Origin: Monocercomonoides exilis PA203
Lineage: Eukaryota > Protista > Preaxostyla
Direction of reading: 5' to 3'
NCBI GenBank assembly: GCA_001643675.2
Contig: LSRY02000026.1
Coordinates: 682,001-746,000, forward strand
DNA length: 64,000 nt
Shown one piece after another: positions 13,701 to 23,974 of this stretch (its first letter is position 1; the number at the start of each line of letters is the position of its first letter). Both the position numbers and the translations under genes were made by a program. Below the pieces are notes generated by a model. That model was not told the origin of the DNA. It did no database searches and saw only the letters and a list, made by a program, of their open reading frames with translations.

Positions 13701-16700
13701 ATGAAATCAGAGATGATGATGATGCACCAGACAGAACAGATGGAACACTGAACTTGATGTTTCTCACTGAACATTTGCTCAACACCTCAATCAGACAAGA
13801 TGACTCAAAATTCTCTGGTGCTTTCACCTTAATCTCTATCCCTTTTGTCACACATGAAATCTCCCATTCACAGCCATCTGTCATTCCAACTGCCTCAGCA
13901 AGCACATATCCTGAATCCAATTCGATCTTCTTGTTTGTGTCTGCATATCTCACTTGCGCTGCATGGGTGATGGTTGCACACGGATAATAGTCAAACCCAC
14001 AGAACCACGAGTCGTATCCACCCAGTCCATTCTCTTTCGCCTTCCCCACATGTGCTGCACTGGGATATGAATCCAAAAACACATTCAGTGGAAACAGCCC
14101 CATTGTTGTGTCACTCCGATCATATCCCTCAAGCTCATTGTATTTTGAATTGTCATGTTGGACATTCAGCGTTGAGGAGCTTATTCCCCAGCTCGCTGAA
14201 TCGCTCCCATTCACAAACACATAATTCCCTCCCAACGAGGCAGAACACCCTGAAAAGTCAACTGACACAATCGAGAAGTCAATCGAGTTGTCAGCCAGAT
14301 ACAGCATCATCCCTCCTCCATATTTGCCACTTGTGCATCTCTTGAATGTTGATGAAACAACCTGAAGCTTGCTCGTATCTGTTTCCATCTCAACCTTGAT
14401 CCCTCCACCACTGCCATCCTCACACTCACAATCCTCAATTGTCACATTCTGAACAATAAATGTCTCCCCTTCCTTTACACTCTTTGCCACAACCACCCCA
14501 TCTCCTTCAATCAACTTCACATTCCTCACAGACACATTCTTCAACATGCTCTCTCCAGATGAAGTGGCTGTCAAAAACAGGTAAGATGAGGAGGATGAAA
14601 AAGGAGATAAAACAGGTTCAGATAACAATGATTGAGAAATATTCATATCTTTGATCTCCACATCAACCATCGACAGCTGTAACAGCGACACCACAAACAC
14701 TGATGAAGACATCACATAGCCTCCAGTTTTACTCGTGATGATCACAACATCCTCCAATGAAAGTGACCCACTCCCATCAGACACCACAGCCACACTCGGT
14801 GAAGTTTCTGAAATTGAATTGCAATCAACCTTCAAGTGACTCATTCCCAAATAACCTGTTGACACGCTGAACAGAGGTCTAGTTGATGAAAGAGATTTCA
14901 TTTCAATAACACTCTTATCTTTGCCTCTCCCAATGACTGAAATCTTCTTTGTTCCGATATCAATCGTTGTTGCCTCACTTTGATGATTCCCTTCCAGCAG
15001 TGCGATTGTCAAGCTAATCTGCACCTCGCACATCTCAAATCCCTTCTTCATTGTCAGACAAGGATATGTGGTATTTGCCCCACAAAGCGGAGTTGCATCA
15101 CTCCCATTCACAGAAACATAAATAGTCTTATCCTTCAGCCAATCTTTCTTTTCTGTATGCTGAAATTCCCAACTCCCTGAATAATAATAGTTGTATTTGT
15201 AACACACTCTTCTGTCGTTTGGATTAGTAGTTAAACAATCCAAAAACGGATTTGAACTTAAGTGTGCACTAAAATAGTCCAAATAGCTCACATCATGCCC
15301 ATATGGAGTGGAAGTTGTTTTGCACTTGCAGTCGTGAAAGAAAAGAAAAATACAATAAATTGCATCTTCTGGAATTGTTTGTTTGCCATTTTCCAGAAGG
15401 AATCCCCCGCCATCTTGTCTGGCAGAGCAGGATATAAACTGAATGCTCCTCATTTTGAATGTAGCTGGCACACCATAGCAACGCATGCCTCCGCCAACTG
15501 TGTTAGTAACTGAGCAAAAAGTGAAATTACAGTCAAACATGCATGCATTCTCCCCATTCCAATTCTCTGATCCAATGCAATCTGTTCCCAAAACATCAAA
15601 ATTGTAAAGATTTAACCCTCCTCCATAGCTATTTGCTATGCAGTTCTGGAATTTACATCCACTAATCACAACACACGTTGAAATCGAATAAAAGAACGCC
15701 CCACCCCCATATTGGTACAGAGCGGTACAATTATTAATTGAATTATTCTCGATTTTAACTTCTTTTATATATGCGCACATTATTCCCCCACCGCAACTGT
15801 GTGCAGTACAATCATTGAATATGCAATTCGAAATACGCACTGAGGCTGATGATTGGTTGCACATACAAATTGCCCCTCCACTCGAAGCACCATCTTCCCA
15901 TGTACTTTCTGTTCCTGTTGTTTTCGATCCATTCCATTCACACCAAATAAATGTATTCGCTCCATTTTCTGTTTCATTTTGTCTGTCTGTTTTCAATGGT
16001 GCCTCTGAAGTTCCTTCACATACAACATTTCTTGTCCGACAACACCCAATGAATGAGGTGTTTGAGGCAGTCAAAGAGGCATAGAGGTTGTTGAGGGAAT
16101 GAACAATTCCTCCATCATAAACATCACAGACTGATGAAAATGAGCAACTGTTCATCAGACATGCGCTTTGGGTTGACATTGTGGTTGAAGGTGAACATAC
16201 CTCATTTGCTGTTGAGATGTTGAAAAATGATAGTTGTGAAAGTGAAACCAGAGAGATGGATGATGAAGAGAGAAATGGGGTTGAAGAAGTGCGAAAAGAT
16301 GAAAAATGGGAAGAGCAAATAGAAACAATGTCATTTTTTGAAAATTTCCCTTCCAACGTTTTTGATGAAAACAGAGAAGGTATTATCTGTTCAGTCAAGG
16401 TTGAGGTTGAAGGCAATCTGAGTGAAATGTTGGTGAATAATCCACAGCTCCCACAAAAATCAAAGGGGGGCATCTCCCTCTCAACTCCAATCACACATCC
16501 ACTCAACTCAACAAAACTTCCATCCGATGCCCTGAGCACACTCTCCCCACCGATTTCCCTCAACCCCAACAAATTCAGTTTCATTGATGAATTGACCAGG
16601 ACAAGACATCCCTCAACCCCACTTCCATCGCACACACCCTCCTTTCCCCACATTTTCCACTCATCACAAAAACTCCATTTTTGAACTTTCTCGATCCTTC

Positions 16701-16986
16701 TTCTTCCTTCATTCCATTGTTTTGTGTATTTCTTCATCACTCTCTCTTCTTTCCTGGTCTCTCCCACTCCACCTTCTTTTCCATCAATATATGTATCAAA
16801 TAAATTATCATCTCTATATTTGCTATTTTGAATCGTCTCTCGCCATGTGCCTTCAGGATAATCCAATTCTCTTCCATTCAATGAATTTTCGGTAAGTCTT
16901 GTTCCATCTCTTGTAGCATCATTGCACACGCATTCAACACAAATTGTACACACACAATAAAATATTCCTGACAGCACCAATACCAT
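7777..16986 (-). CDS. giant type-I membrane receptor-like protein (~3070 aa): signal-like N-terminus, GG-rich beta-helix/Cys-capped repeats, one TM helix, kinase C-lobe-like pseudokinase tail
   Basis: Uninterrupted ORF 7777-17043; first ATG at 16986 (MVLVLSGIFYCVC). Repeated GGAI/GGGM and CGxxxxPCxTI motifs. TM WPIIVIVMGIVLFVILIIAVISIV followed by RWKK. RWKAPE..KSVVFSIGMMLWECLT..PF..RP corresponds to kinase subdomains VIII-XI. Confidence 0.88.
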   Translation of the reverse strand: MVLVLSGIFYCVCTICVECVCNDATRDGTRLTENSLNGRELDYPEGTWRETIQNSKYRDDNLFDTYIDGKEGGVGETRKEERVMKKYTKQWNEGRRRIEKVQKWSFCDEWKMWGKEGVCDGSGVEGCLVLVNSSMKLNLLGLREIGGESVLRASDGSFVELSGCVIGVEREMPPFDFCGSCGLFTNISLRLPSTSTLTEQIIPSLFSSKTLEGKFSKNDIVSICSSHFSSFRTSSTPFLSSSSISLVSLSQLSFFNISTANEVCSPSTTMSTQSACLMNSCSFSSVCDVYDGGIVHSLNNLYASLTASNTSFIGCCRTRNVVCEGTSEAPLKTDRQNETENGANTFIWCEWNGSKTTGTESTWEDGASSGGAICMCNQSSASVRISNCIFNDCTAHSCGGGIMCAYIKEVKIENNSINNCTALYQYGGGAFFYSISTCVVISGCKFQNCIANSYGGGLNLYNFDVLGTDCIGSENWNGENACMFDCNFTFCSVTNTVGGGMRCYGVPATFKMRSIQFISCSARQDGGGFLLENGKQTIPEDAIYCIFLFFHDCKCKTTSTPYGHDVSYLDYFSAHLSSNPFLDCLTTNPNDRRVCYKYNYYYSGSWEFQHTEKKDWLKDKTIYVSVNGSDATPLCGANTTYPCLTMKKGFEMCEVQISLTIALLEGNHQSEATTIDIGTKKISVIGRGKDKSVIEMKSLSSTRPLFSVSTGYLGMSHLKVDCNSISETSPSVAVVSDGSGSLSLEDVVIITSKTGGYVMSSSVFVVSLLQLSMVDVEIKDMNISQSLLSEPVLSPFSSSSSYLFLTATSSGESMLKNVSVRNVKLIEGDGVVVAKSVKEGETFIVQNVTIEDCECEDGSGGGIKVEMETDTSKLQVVSSTFKRCTSGKYGGGMMLYLADNSIDFSIVSVDFSGCSASLGGNYVFVNGSDSASWGISSSTLNVQHDNSKYNELEGYDRSDTTMGLFPLNVFLDSYPSAAHVGKAKENGLGGYDSWFCGFDYYPCATITHAAQVRYADTNKKIELDSGYVLAEAVGMTDGCEWEISCVTKGIEIKVKAPENFESSCLIEVLSKCSVRNIKFSVPSVLSGASSSSLISSNSTLLALTDCSVVCSSENSIGYCFVNVIGGKVKVEGLVITETLRFGEHSVIEFGEGVESVVFCGCEVNNIEKRSGDGGWVSGVVGAERDEGKNGIIVIESCVVKGCRCVGGRGGGMSVVVKGEGSVVVNGSCVIDGCEAKGSGESSDGRREGRGGGMMIVMESRDGSMKMESGREGLFVFGEDNKARYGKDVFVECGGGVLLEWKVNGSSFSFFDFGVIPSDVLKLCGSEDGREGEVIPLFVYLCSIGSKLGVDGRGERALDQSHCGFEEFGCLTIDYCVGKRASINVNEIEVISESWIKNEMKVVSFEVRVCGKEEGMRVVVRDEGSITQNNLIECSKSFEMRHLAFVLNEEMNGKRSGFIHSSSSSSTITITSCSVSFVNDEVIGYNVICVEGGGLIVNGFVMEGGVRMSGKSPIVVSNGVELEMNSSRMSGVEVVGGSGGGGGGCLNVEMGVNGIVNIEGCNLSSVCSGGSGMKGGGMKISVGKGGRLEMKNVKLSGCEVPREDVEEGGRGMGGGMFVKLADEMGTFVLEGMEFEGCNAWKGKNVFVSGWDLSEIVNEEHLKWEMSLEELGSLDELCGWERKTTGEEGYVIPLVVYLWRNWSGDGFVSREKGGDFSGCGYSEAPCSSIDHLISLRYPTLGGGETHIAIVGSGLLSHSISFSSSISDSPKVVIEGTKKGTGVTISDEDENDLHDGSMISSNVSLSFVNVSFTKPAITTHHEVLIKSSGTNTLLSVSDCSFGPGRGVAESFGYCVMRVNGGSVVIERCSLSLISELKGLIAFRPSAGEVTLQNVNISFADVTERSLISMIEEETQMNGEKKVFSNGNRPVLRIVGCSFANITNEGIGASIVDVGSFEDGVECVMDECSMSSCKSGLSDEGGGMRVVLKSGESVLKVNGSSFSMCKCSSETGCGGGLFIDGSDPHANYGNESPIPPLNFKIVNILFVMNEAHVGKDVFVRCHSIAHQINETLFALNYNQESLNSNNSICGRDVLSEGDVDLIPLITFYYSAQVFVSGRGSDGRGCGAQSNPCSSINCGVEHIQEGVMNGILIDGEGFVRKECVIGDLVVNSLKKTQGVVRLNCKIEKSGEKDCVMEFVNECSVERCSFQFEDGFESTHNCLMKVKNGMTKIQECEFFSSPTTTVEEMKLNSSVVSVESGGLKIFDSTFRDIFSTISVLLFCEESNVIIVESRISNIKCEGDVVSVGGKAKVEMKEMGVVNVTVMSKGCVIGMEDAEQEVSVLNSSFGKCLNSVDKGSMMQIRNSKNVRIEACVFDGEREDEIVNEENNRKEGLCKWNESLVDVEKSKVEMRETTIRNSKAGGLWVSGASVKIENGKFENNNPSIEGYPSARRNVICEGNGELDVVSVKGGDGIEKNTSLWILDEGCELGGIAAERGSSFFIPILEEVKNVSHPNGDVELMIHGKLLLPCDLSVKMSMKNGDEEEIVRKGIEEEGFVSENEIHSVISCLEWEKVREETEVSVWIVFGKSDSHSSTERFIVKNRSENAGKGDERIVEGGKDGKSFWPIIVIVMGIVLFVILIIAVISIVRWKKVKNEAEDLREIVNDNIRKDPKAFEMVTMEMSPEEQWRRAEREAEKKNEERIKKRVYAKSLGHSESSEHLLSESGSTEYILGRDSDKIPQWMLEKVDEEEEETRKRTPSPSISSTSTTDSDSTFVRSESLCPTTSSMSNLVDAMACSSPHEKLIVDLRDSLFMLLHGRNAKKEMAIGSLQEREQTAAQILFWVANLALHSFDEMENPLQSLSNLSPHIVLFSEHMVICIVMHSDFSSDDSDSSSISSSTVVTSASDDDDDSLPSSAFEDEEDYKIEYLRWKAPELQVNKKMGATKKSVVFSIGMMLWECLTLDIPFGEYPAEVAGDKISTKERPDVERVRFSQLFDVICLCLSQDPSSRPMLSLLKRDFIRHFPAGATTLTVSDAIDFENDEEDNEDENASYSCVGSRLDDETIKKEMSVLKK

Positions 16987-18169
16987 GCCTGTCCAACTGC
17001 TTTCTTTTCTTTTTTCTGTTGTAGACAAATATGGGCACTTCAAAAAAATTTCGTTAAATTTATCCGAGTTTCACTTTATTATATTAAAACATTAATTTTA
17101 TTTTTATTTTTTCAATCAATTTTATGATCCGATGAATAATAGCGAATTATTCGTCCATTTTTGTTTATGTTCTGATATTTCAGCCGTCACTCACCGTCCA
17201 GCGATATCTGCCTCTGAGATGGACTAACATATGATTTAAAGCTTATAATTTTGTTGGCTGTATTTTCATGAGAAAAGGCAATTGGGAAAGAAATGAATAT
17301 TGTGAAGATTATTTTTACAGATGAATGGAAGAGGTACGAGCGATGGAAGTTTTGTGATTCTGCACCATATATTGATGTATGTTTTTTGGTGGATTATTTG
17401 TGATATTTTTATTTGAAGAGATTTTCGATGTTTTGAAAGAAATGATTGTTTTAGCCTCGATTGGCTGAAATGGACACTTTACGCAGAAGGGATGGGATGC
17501 ATGGAACAAGGTTATATGAGCATTTGGATTGGGTTTTTGATGTGTATTTTTGGAAGAAAGAGATGGAATTTCAGTTCATGGGAAAAACACTGAATGGAAA
17601 AATGAGTGAAAATGGATATTTTTTGTTGATGCAAAGGGGTAGCAGGGAATGAATGCAATGAGCGATTGGTATGCGACAAACTCTGTTTTATTCTAATCTT
17701 TTCATGAAAAATGTATTTGTTTGTTTTATTGAAGTTTTTTTCATTGATTGGGCAGTAAAAGTAATAAGAGAAAAAATCTCGTGGATTTCTATTTGCTGGG
17801 AGATTTCGTTTTTTGCAGAAAGAGAGAAGGGGGAATTACACACTCAGAGACATAATTAGGTTGAAGGCTATTTTTTTATAATTGGAATACTATTGAAGTG
17901 GAAAAGAGCAAACTGCATTGATGACCATGAATGCAAAGGAATGCGGCAGGTGCCACCGAAACAATTCTTTCGAACTGTTTTGGGTCATTGTTCTTCAACA
18001 TCGCTTTTGGAAGAGAAGAGAAGAGAAATGGTTTTATGTTCACTCATTAACATATTTGCAAATATGAAAGAGGTTTTCTTCACAGTGAAAGTATTTCTTC
18101 TTCATCATTTTTGCTGGAAGTGTATGAAAAGCTCCAAAGAAACTGAATATGAAATTGATCCATAAGAAT

Positions 18170-19734
18170 TCAAGCCATTTCCTTTTGTGATTGAGCTGCT
18201 GAAAAGAAGAAAAAAGAAGGAAGAAGGAAGAAGAAGAAAGATTGATTCTTCTTCATCATGTTGCTTCTCATCGGGCGTTGCACATCAATTTCTTTTGAAC
18301 ACAGCCGTTTGTGGTTGCCTTCTTCTTTCATCTGCGCTGCTGTTCCTGTTTGTTGTTTGGCTGGGAAAACCTCCAAACACACACACCACAATCATCATTG
18401 CCATCATCATCATCATCATTTTCTTCTTTTTCTTTTTCTTCTCCTTCTTTCATTATCATCATTGTTTTCTTCTTTTTCGTCTTCTTCAAATTATTTACAA
18501 AAAGAATCATCCAAAACAAATTCCCCTGTTCAAGGCCGTTTTTTGCTCCAAACAGAAATTCCGCAACTCAGTTGAAAACAGACATGTCAAATGAAAATGA
18601 CAAGAAACAAGAAATGTTTGCAGGAAAAATGTGAACAAAGACAGAAAATGTTAAAAGGAAGAAGAAGAAGAAGAAGAAGAAGAAGAGAAGAAGAGAAGAA
18701 GAGAAGAAGAGAGAAGAGAAGAGGAAGATAACCAAATGCGGAATGAAAGATTAAATTTATGAAGAAAAGAAAAGAAAGAGCCATATTCTGAAGTCAATCA
18801 ACATGAAGAAACAGAGACACGAATAAGAACAGAAGAAGAAGACGAAGACGAAGACGAAGACGAAGAAGAAGCAGAAGCAGAAGAAGAAGAGGAAATGGAA
18901 GAAAAAGCAGAAGAAGATAATGAACTTGAACAAAAGATGCTTCAAAGGATGAAGATGAATGTGAAGAAGAAAGAGAAGAAAATAGAAAGAGAAGAAGAAA
19001 GGAAGAGTTTGATGAAATTGAAGAAGAAAATAAAGATGAAGGAGGAGTCAGATGAGAAACAGAAAAAGAAGAAAATAGAAAGAGAAGAAAGAGAAGAAGG
19101 AGAAGAAGGAGAAGAAGGAGAAGGATTTGAGAGAAGAGAGAAGAACATCAGAAAAGCTGAGGATTGTCAGGGGAAGAGCTGGCGAGTGAATTTGGAGGGA
19201 GTTTAAATGGATCAATGGCTTTTGCTTCCTCTTCTTCTTCTTCTCATTTGTCTGCTTTCTCTTCCTTTTCGCCAAAGCAGCAAAAAAATCAACAAAATCA
19301 ACAAAAAAATGCAACTTTTTTTATCAGCCAAAAATTCTTCTTCTTCTTCTTCTTCAACAATAAATCTTTCATCATCACCCACAACATCTTATTCACTTCA
19401 GCTCGTTTTATTTTCAGTTGTTTTTGGGCATCTCACAAATCACTCAGCAGAAAAGTCGATTCTGCGTTTTCCTTCTTCTTCGCAGTGAAATCATCTTCTT
19501 CCTCAGAAAATGCAGCATGTTTCAGTCACTTCGCAGCACATCTGCCATCTCATTGGAAATTCAATCATTTTTGCTGTTTCATTCTTCCTTCACCCACAAC
19601 ACTACCATCTTCAAGAGAAGAACAGAAATTGCAATCAGAAGTTGTTGTGTCTTCATATTTTGAATGGATACAGAGCAATTGATCTGCAAATGCCACAGAC
19701 GAATTTGTGTCATCTGAAGAAGCTGAATAGCTGA
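18170..19734 (+). pseudogene. fragmented low-complexity (Glu/Lys/Ser-rich) coding-like remnant with GAA-type microsatellites
   Basis: Protein-like pieces in several + frames (18895-19206, 19164-19682) broken by stops and frameshifts. No family recognised. Confidence 0.3.
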
Positions 19735-20433
19735 AGAAGAATGATGAAATGGGTAAAAATGATGATATTTTTGGTTTTTTTTACAGAATATTTTCAACAA
19801 ATCATCAAAATGTGATATTTTCATCTTCTTCATGTCATTTTTCCTTTTATCTCTCTTGCTCATTCAAAATTGGCGGTGAGCATGTTTTTTCGATGTGACT
19901 TTTTGATGAGGCATATTGTAATGAGAAACAGAAAGAGAAAGTGAGCTTTTGTGGCAGAGAAGCAGCAATCAACTCTCCAATTGACAAAAGAAAGCATCTT
20001 CATCTTTTCAATCACATTTATCTCATAAATACGCTTTTCGTTAACAGGGTTTTGACTTCTCTTCTTCGATTCTCAGAAATCATTTGACATTTGGGAAAAC
20101 AAGGGAAGAAGGGAAAAGAACAAAAGATTGTTCAAAAGAGGAGAGAAGAGAAGTCATTGGAGACGATCGATGACAAGTTTTATTTATTTATTTATTTATT
20201 TTTGCCCGACAGATCATTAAAAGAAGAGAAGAAGAAATCGAATAATATCAAAAAACTTATCTCTCTTTTTTTCCCCAAGATCTTTTTGTTTCTTCATTTC
20301 ATCAAAATGAAGTGAGATAAAAAAAGTTATTGCAAAAGAAAGATGCAAACGACTGTTTGTTTTCAATTTTGTGAGATGATGAAAAAAGAAAAACAAAAAC
20401 TGTGAGTCAAAAAATTCAAAGCATTTCTTTTCC

Positions 20434-21933
20434 TTAAACATTCACAAAATAATCGGAAATATTCAACGATATGTAGCCAAAACCACAATGTTGATCTTTC
20501 AGAAAACTCAACATTTTATGAAAGCTGATCATGACATCTTCATATCCTTCTTCCTCCATCTTTTCAAAAATTAGTTTTTTTGCTGCCTTTCTTTTCGCTT
20601 TTTCAATTATATCACCCATTTCTTCTTTCAATCGATTTGAAACATTCATAAAATACACCAAGCCATGCAGTGTCATTATGTTATCCAATTTTGTCTGCTG
20701 AATTTCCTCCAAAAAGAGTTCAACAGCTCTGCCTTTCAACAAGTTTTTGATTTCAACTGCTTTTTTCCCCGCTGTTGTTTCAAACAAATAATCGCACCAG
20801 TATCTAATTCCTTCGCAATTGTCCTTTGCTGCACGAAATAGCCGAACAATGCAACGGATAAGCTCAATGCACTCTTCATTCCTCAATCGGCAATTGCAAA
20901 AATATATATTCAATGTTTTGAGCCATCTCATCAAAATCATCTCTTCTTCCCTTCCTTTTCCTCTTTCCTCTTCCTTTTTCTTCCAATCCATGCACTTCCA
21001 TAATTCTTCAACCTCTTTTGCTGCCTCTCTCCCCAAATGCACTTCATTCACAACCACTTCTTCCAAACTTTCATCTTCCTCAAATCTGTCCAGCAAACAC
21101 TCCAAAACAGACTGATAAGCGAGTCGTGTCAGATTTTGATGGTCTTGATGATACAGGATAATATCTTTGATTTCATCCACGTAAAGTTTTTGTATCCTTT
21201 CATTTTCAAAAAAATTGAAAGAAAGCTATTTAAAAATGGAATAAAAAATGAAATAAAAATGAAATAAATAATGAAATTAAAAATGTTCTAACATATTCCC
21301 CAAAATTGCTCAAGGTTAACAAAGCCATTTCAACTTCTTTTTGAGCTTCTTTGTTTTTCTCCTTGTTCAACGCAACTTTCAGAAGATACGGCACACACAT
21401 TGAAAACAATTTAGGCGAAACAAAGAAGCTGAGAAAAAGATAGCATTCGCAGAGATCAACAAGAAGCTTTTCATCCTTTTCTTCTTTTTTCTTCTTATCT
21501 TCTTCAAAAATCGTCTTCTCTAATCTTTCATCCAGCAAAGATCTTAAAAAGTCCGGATCCCTTATATTTTTTTGCGCTTTACGATATCCAATGTGCTTCA
21601 GCAACAAAATGGCATTTTCCAACGATAGTTTCTTATCTTCTATCATTTTGTTTATTCTGTTGAACAGTTCGGTTGTGAAAGCAGATCTGAATTCTTTTCC
21701 ATCCATTTCATTAATCATTTCATTCATTTCTTCGATTTTCTGTTTTTGCTCATCCTCATCACAATGTTCAAGTTTATCAAATAATTCTTTAATTATGTTG
21801 AAAAAAATTAATGAAATCAACAAAAATTCAAGTGCAACAAGAATTGAAAACCATTAAATCTTTCAGTGACACTCGTTTCCTGCATTTTCAAAAATGCATC
21901 GCACCCAGAAAACAATGAGAATCCATCATTCAT
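20434..21933 (-). CDS. lineage-specific multicopy hypothetical protein (KEVEMALLxLS family), 3 exons; introns 21787-21851 and 21226-21292
   Basis: GT-AG introns join the exons in phase (ERFN/ELFDKLE; FGEY/LSFNFF..KLYVDEIKDII). Paralogous to 26110-27580 and 63059-64000. Confidence 0.8.
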
Positions 21934-22199
21934 ATTGAATCCGCATTTCATTGGATATAAGAATAAGATGAAAAATAAAAAATCAAATTGGTTTTAAAAA
22001 ATCTGCTTTCACACTGTTTTTTCTTGTCTTGACATTTTCGATTTGTAATTAAAAAGATAAAAAAAGGATTTGTTTTTACTGTTTGTAGTTATGGAATAAA
22101 CGATCGAATTTCATTTTTAAAATAAGGAATAAACATTGACAAAATGAGAGATCGGTGAATGAACAATTTCTGCAGAATAAGATAAATTTGTTTTGCATG

Positions 22200-22811
22200 G
22201 TCACAGCAGACAGTGATGGAGATGCTGTATTTTTGGAATTCTGCCTGATGATTTTTGGAGATTGGATGAACAAGGTGAATACACCAATTTTATCAGTAAC
22301 ACAAAAGACATAATGTATGTAATTTGTTTTGTTTTGTTTGTTGTGAAGATATTTCCATCTGTATCCTTTCCAAAGTCCAGGAATCCGACTTATTATTGAA
22401 ACGGACAATCTCCTCTTTGCAGGGCAATACAATGTGAATGGAGCAGATTATTATATAGCCATTGGGAAATAAAGGAAGTTACGCAAAGGCAATGATTTTC
22501 AAAATTTTTTATTAGGTGCAAAGGATGAAAAATAGTTTGACTTATTGTTTATTGAATAAAGACAAAATATGATGGGGTTCAATGAAAAAGAAGGATAAAT
22601 ATTACTGAATAATACAGAATATTTGTGGTCAACCATTTCAAGCGCATCCATCCAGAGATTTTATTGCAATGTTCCATTTGCGTGGTATCGATGCGGAGTT
22701 GATTTGTGGGGACTTTGTTACTTCGTTTTGAGTGCGCTGAGGGTTTTGCAAACGTTAGACAAGATGGCCATGTTTTCTCAGACGAACATCGAGGGTGAGC
22801 GATTTCTCTGA
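22200..22811 (+). pseudogene. possible decayed intron-containing gene of unknown family
   Basis: Coding-like segments (GILPDDFWRLDEQGEYTNF..; IFPSVSFPKSRNPTYY*NGQSPLC..) separated by short GT/GC..AG intron-like gaps, with in-frame stops. Confidence 0.25.
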
Positions 22812-23236
22812 AGACTGTTAAATTTATTTATTTCTGATTGTTATGATGTTGGTTTGTGTTTATCTTGTGTTGTGGCTTCTATTAGAAATGGTTTTTAAAA
22901 ATGGAGAATTCTTCAGATTCTGCTTTCAAGCGAACATATTTTCAAAGGCATAAACCAAGTTGGCTGACTGTTTGACTCCCAAAAAGACGACTAAAGAAAC
23001 AATTAGTACCTTCACCTTTTTGCAACGTTTCAACTATTGAAAGGCTGTTTAATAAATTCAGACATGTTTCTGGAACGTTTGATTGTTAATGCAATATCAA
23101 AGGCAATTCAGTTGTTTGTCGGCGGGAGACAGCAGCAGAGGTGGAGCAAGAAAAGCAAAAGTGTGTTTAAATCAGATGCAGGACAAGGGAGGCATGTGTT
23201 GCAATGTGAGAACTTTGGAGGAAACAAATGAAAACG

Positions 23237-23672
23237 AAAGAAAAAGAAGAAGAAAAAGAAGAAGAAAAAGAAGAAAAAGAAGAAGAAGAGGAAGAAGAAG
23301 AAAAAGAAAAAGAAGAAGAAGAAGAAGAAGAAAAAGAAAAAGAAAAAGAAGAAGAAAAAGAAGAAAAAGAAGAAAAAGAAGAGGAAGAGGAAGAAGAAGA
23401 GGAAGAGAAGAAACAGAATTCGAAGAAGAGGAAGAAGAGGAAGAAAGAGAAGAAAGAGAAGAAGAAGAAGAAATAATTTGAGGAGAAGGAGCAATAAATG
23501 CATCGAGAGAAGGAAGAGGAGTCTTGGTGAGCATTGGGAGAGGGACAAGAACATCAAAAGTGGATGGAATATTACGAGAAGAAGACGAAAAAGAAGAAGA
23601 AGAAGAAGAAGAAGAAGAAGAAGAAGAAGAAGAAGAAGAAGAAGAAGATTTTGAAGAAAGAGAAGAAGAAGA
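23237..23672. repeat. two GAA/GAAAAA polypurine tracts (23237-23472 and 23579-23672), possibly within a decayed Ser-rich minus-strand gene fragment
   Basis: Directly visible. The intervening minus frame reads RNIPSTFDVLVPLPMLTKTPLPSLDAFIAPSP. Confidence 0.85.
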
Positions 23673-23974
23673 ATCTTTTCGTATCAACTCTGTTTCTTCC
23701 TCTTGCAAATGTTTGAAAAATCTGATTGTGAATTAATGTTGAGTGATTACAAATCCAAAGAAGTTAAACTTTGAAATAAAAGATTTTGCACCATTTTTTC
23801 ATTTATATTTTATTTTATTCAATTGCTTTGTTGTATTTTTAGAAGTTATAGGGAAAAAAAAATCTTTGAATAAAGATTCAAACGACTGTTTGTTTTCTAT
23901 TTTGTGAAATGTTGAAAAAAAAAAAGAAAAAGAAAAAGAAAAAACATATCATTTCCTCAAACTTAAACAAAATA

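Noticed and set aside
7940-16684. Many long + strand ORFs (Ser/Pro/Thr/His-rich) opposite the receptor gene, and likewise at 44399-53544
   Set aside because: Antisense shadows produced by the G-rich codon bias of the real minus-strand CDS. They recur in both paralogues only because the DNA is homologous.
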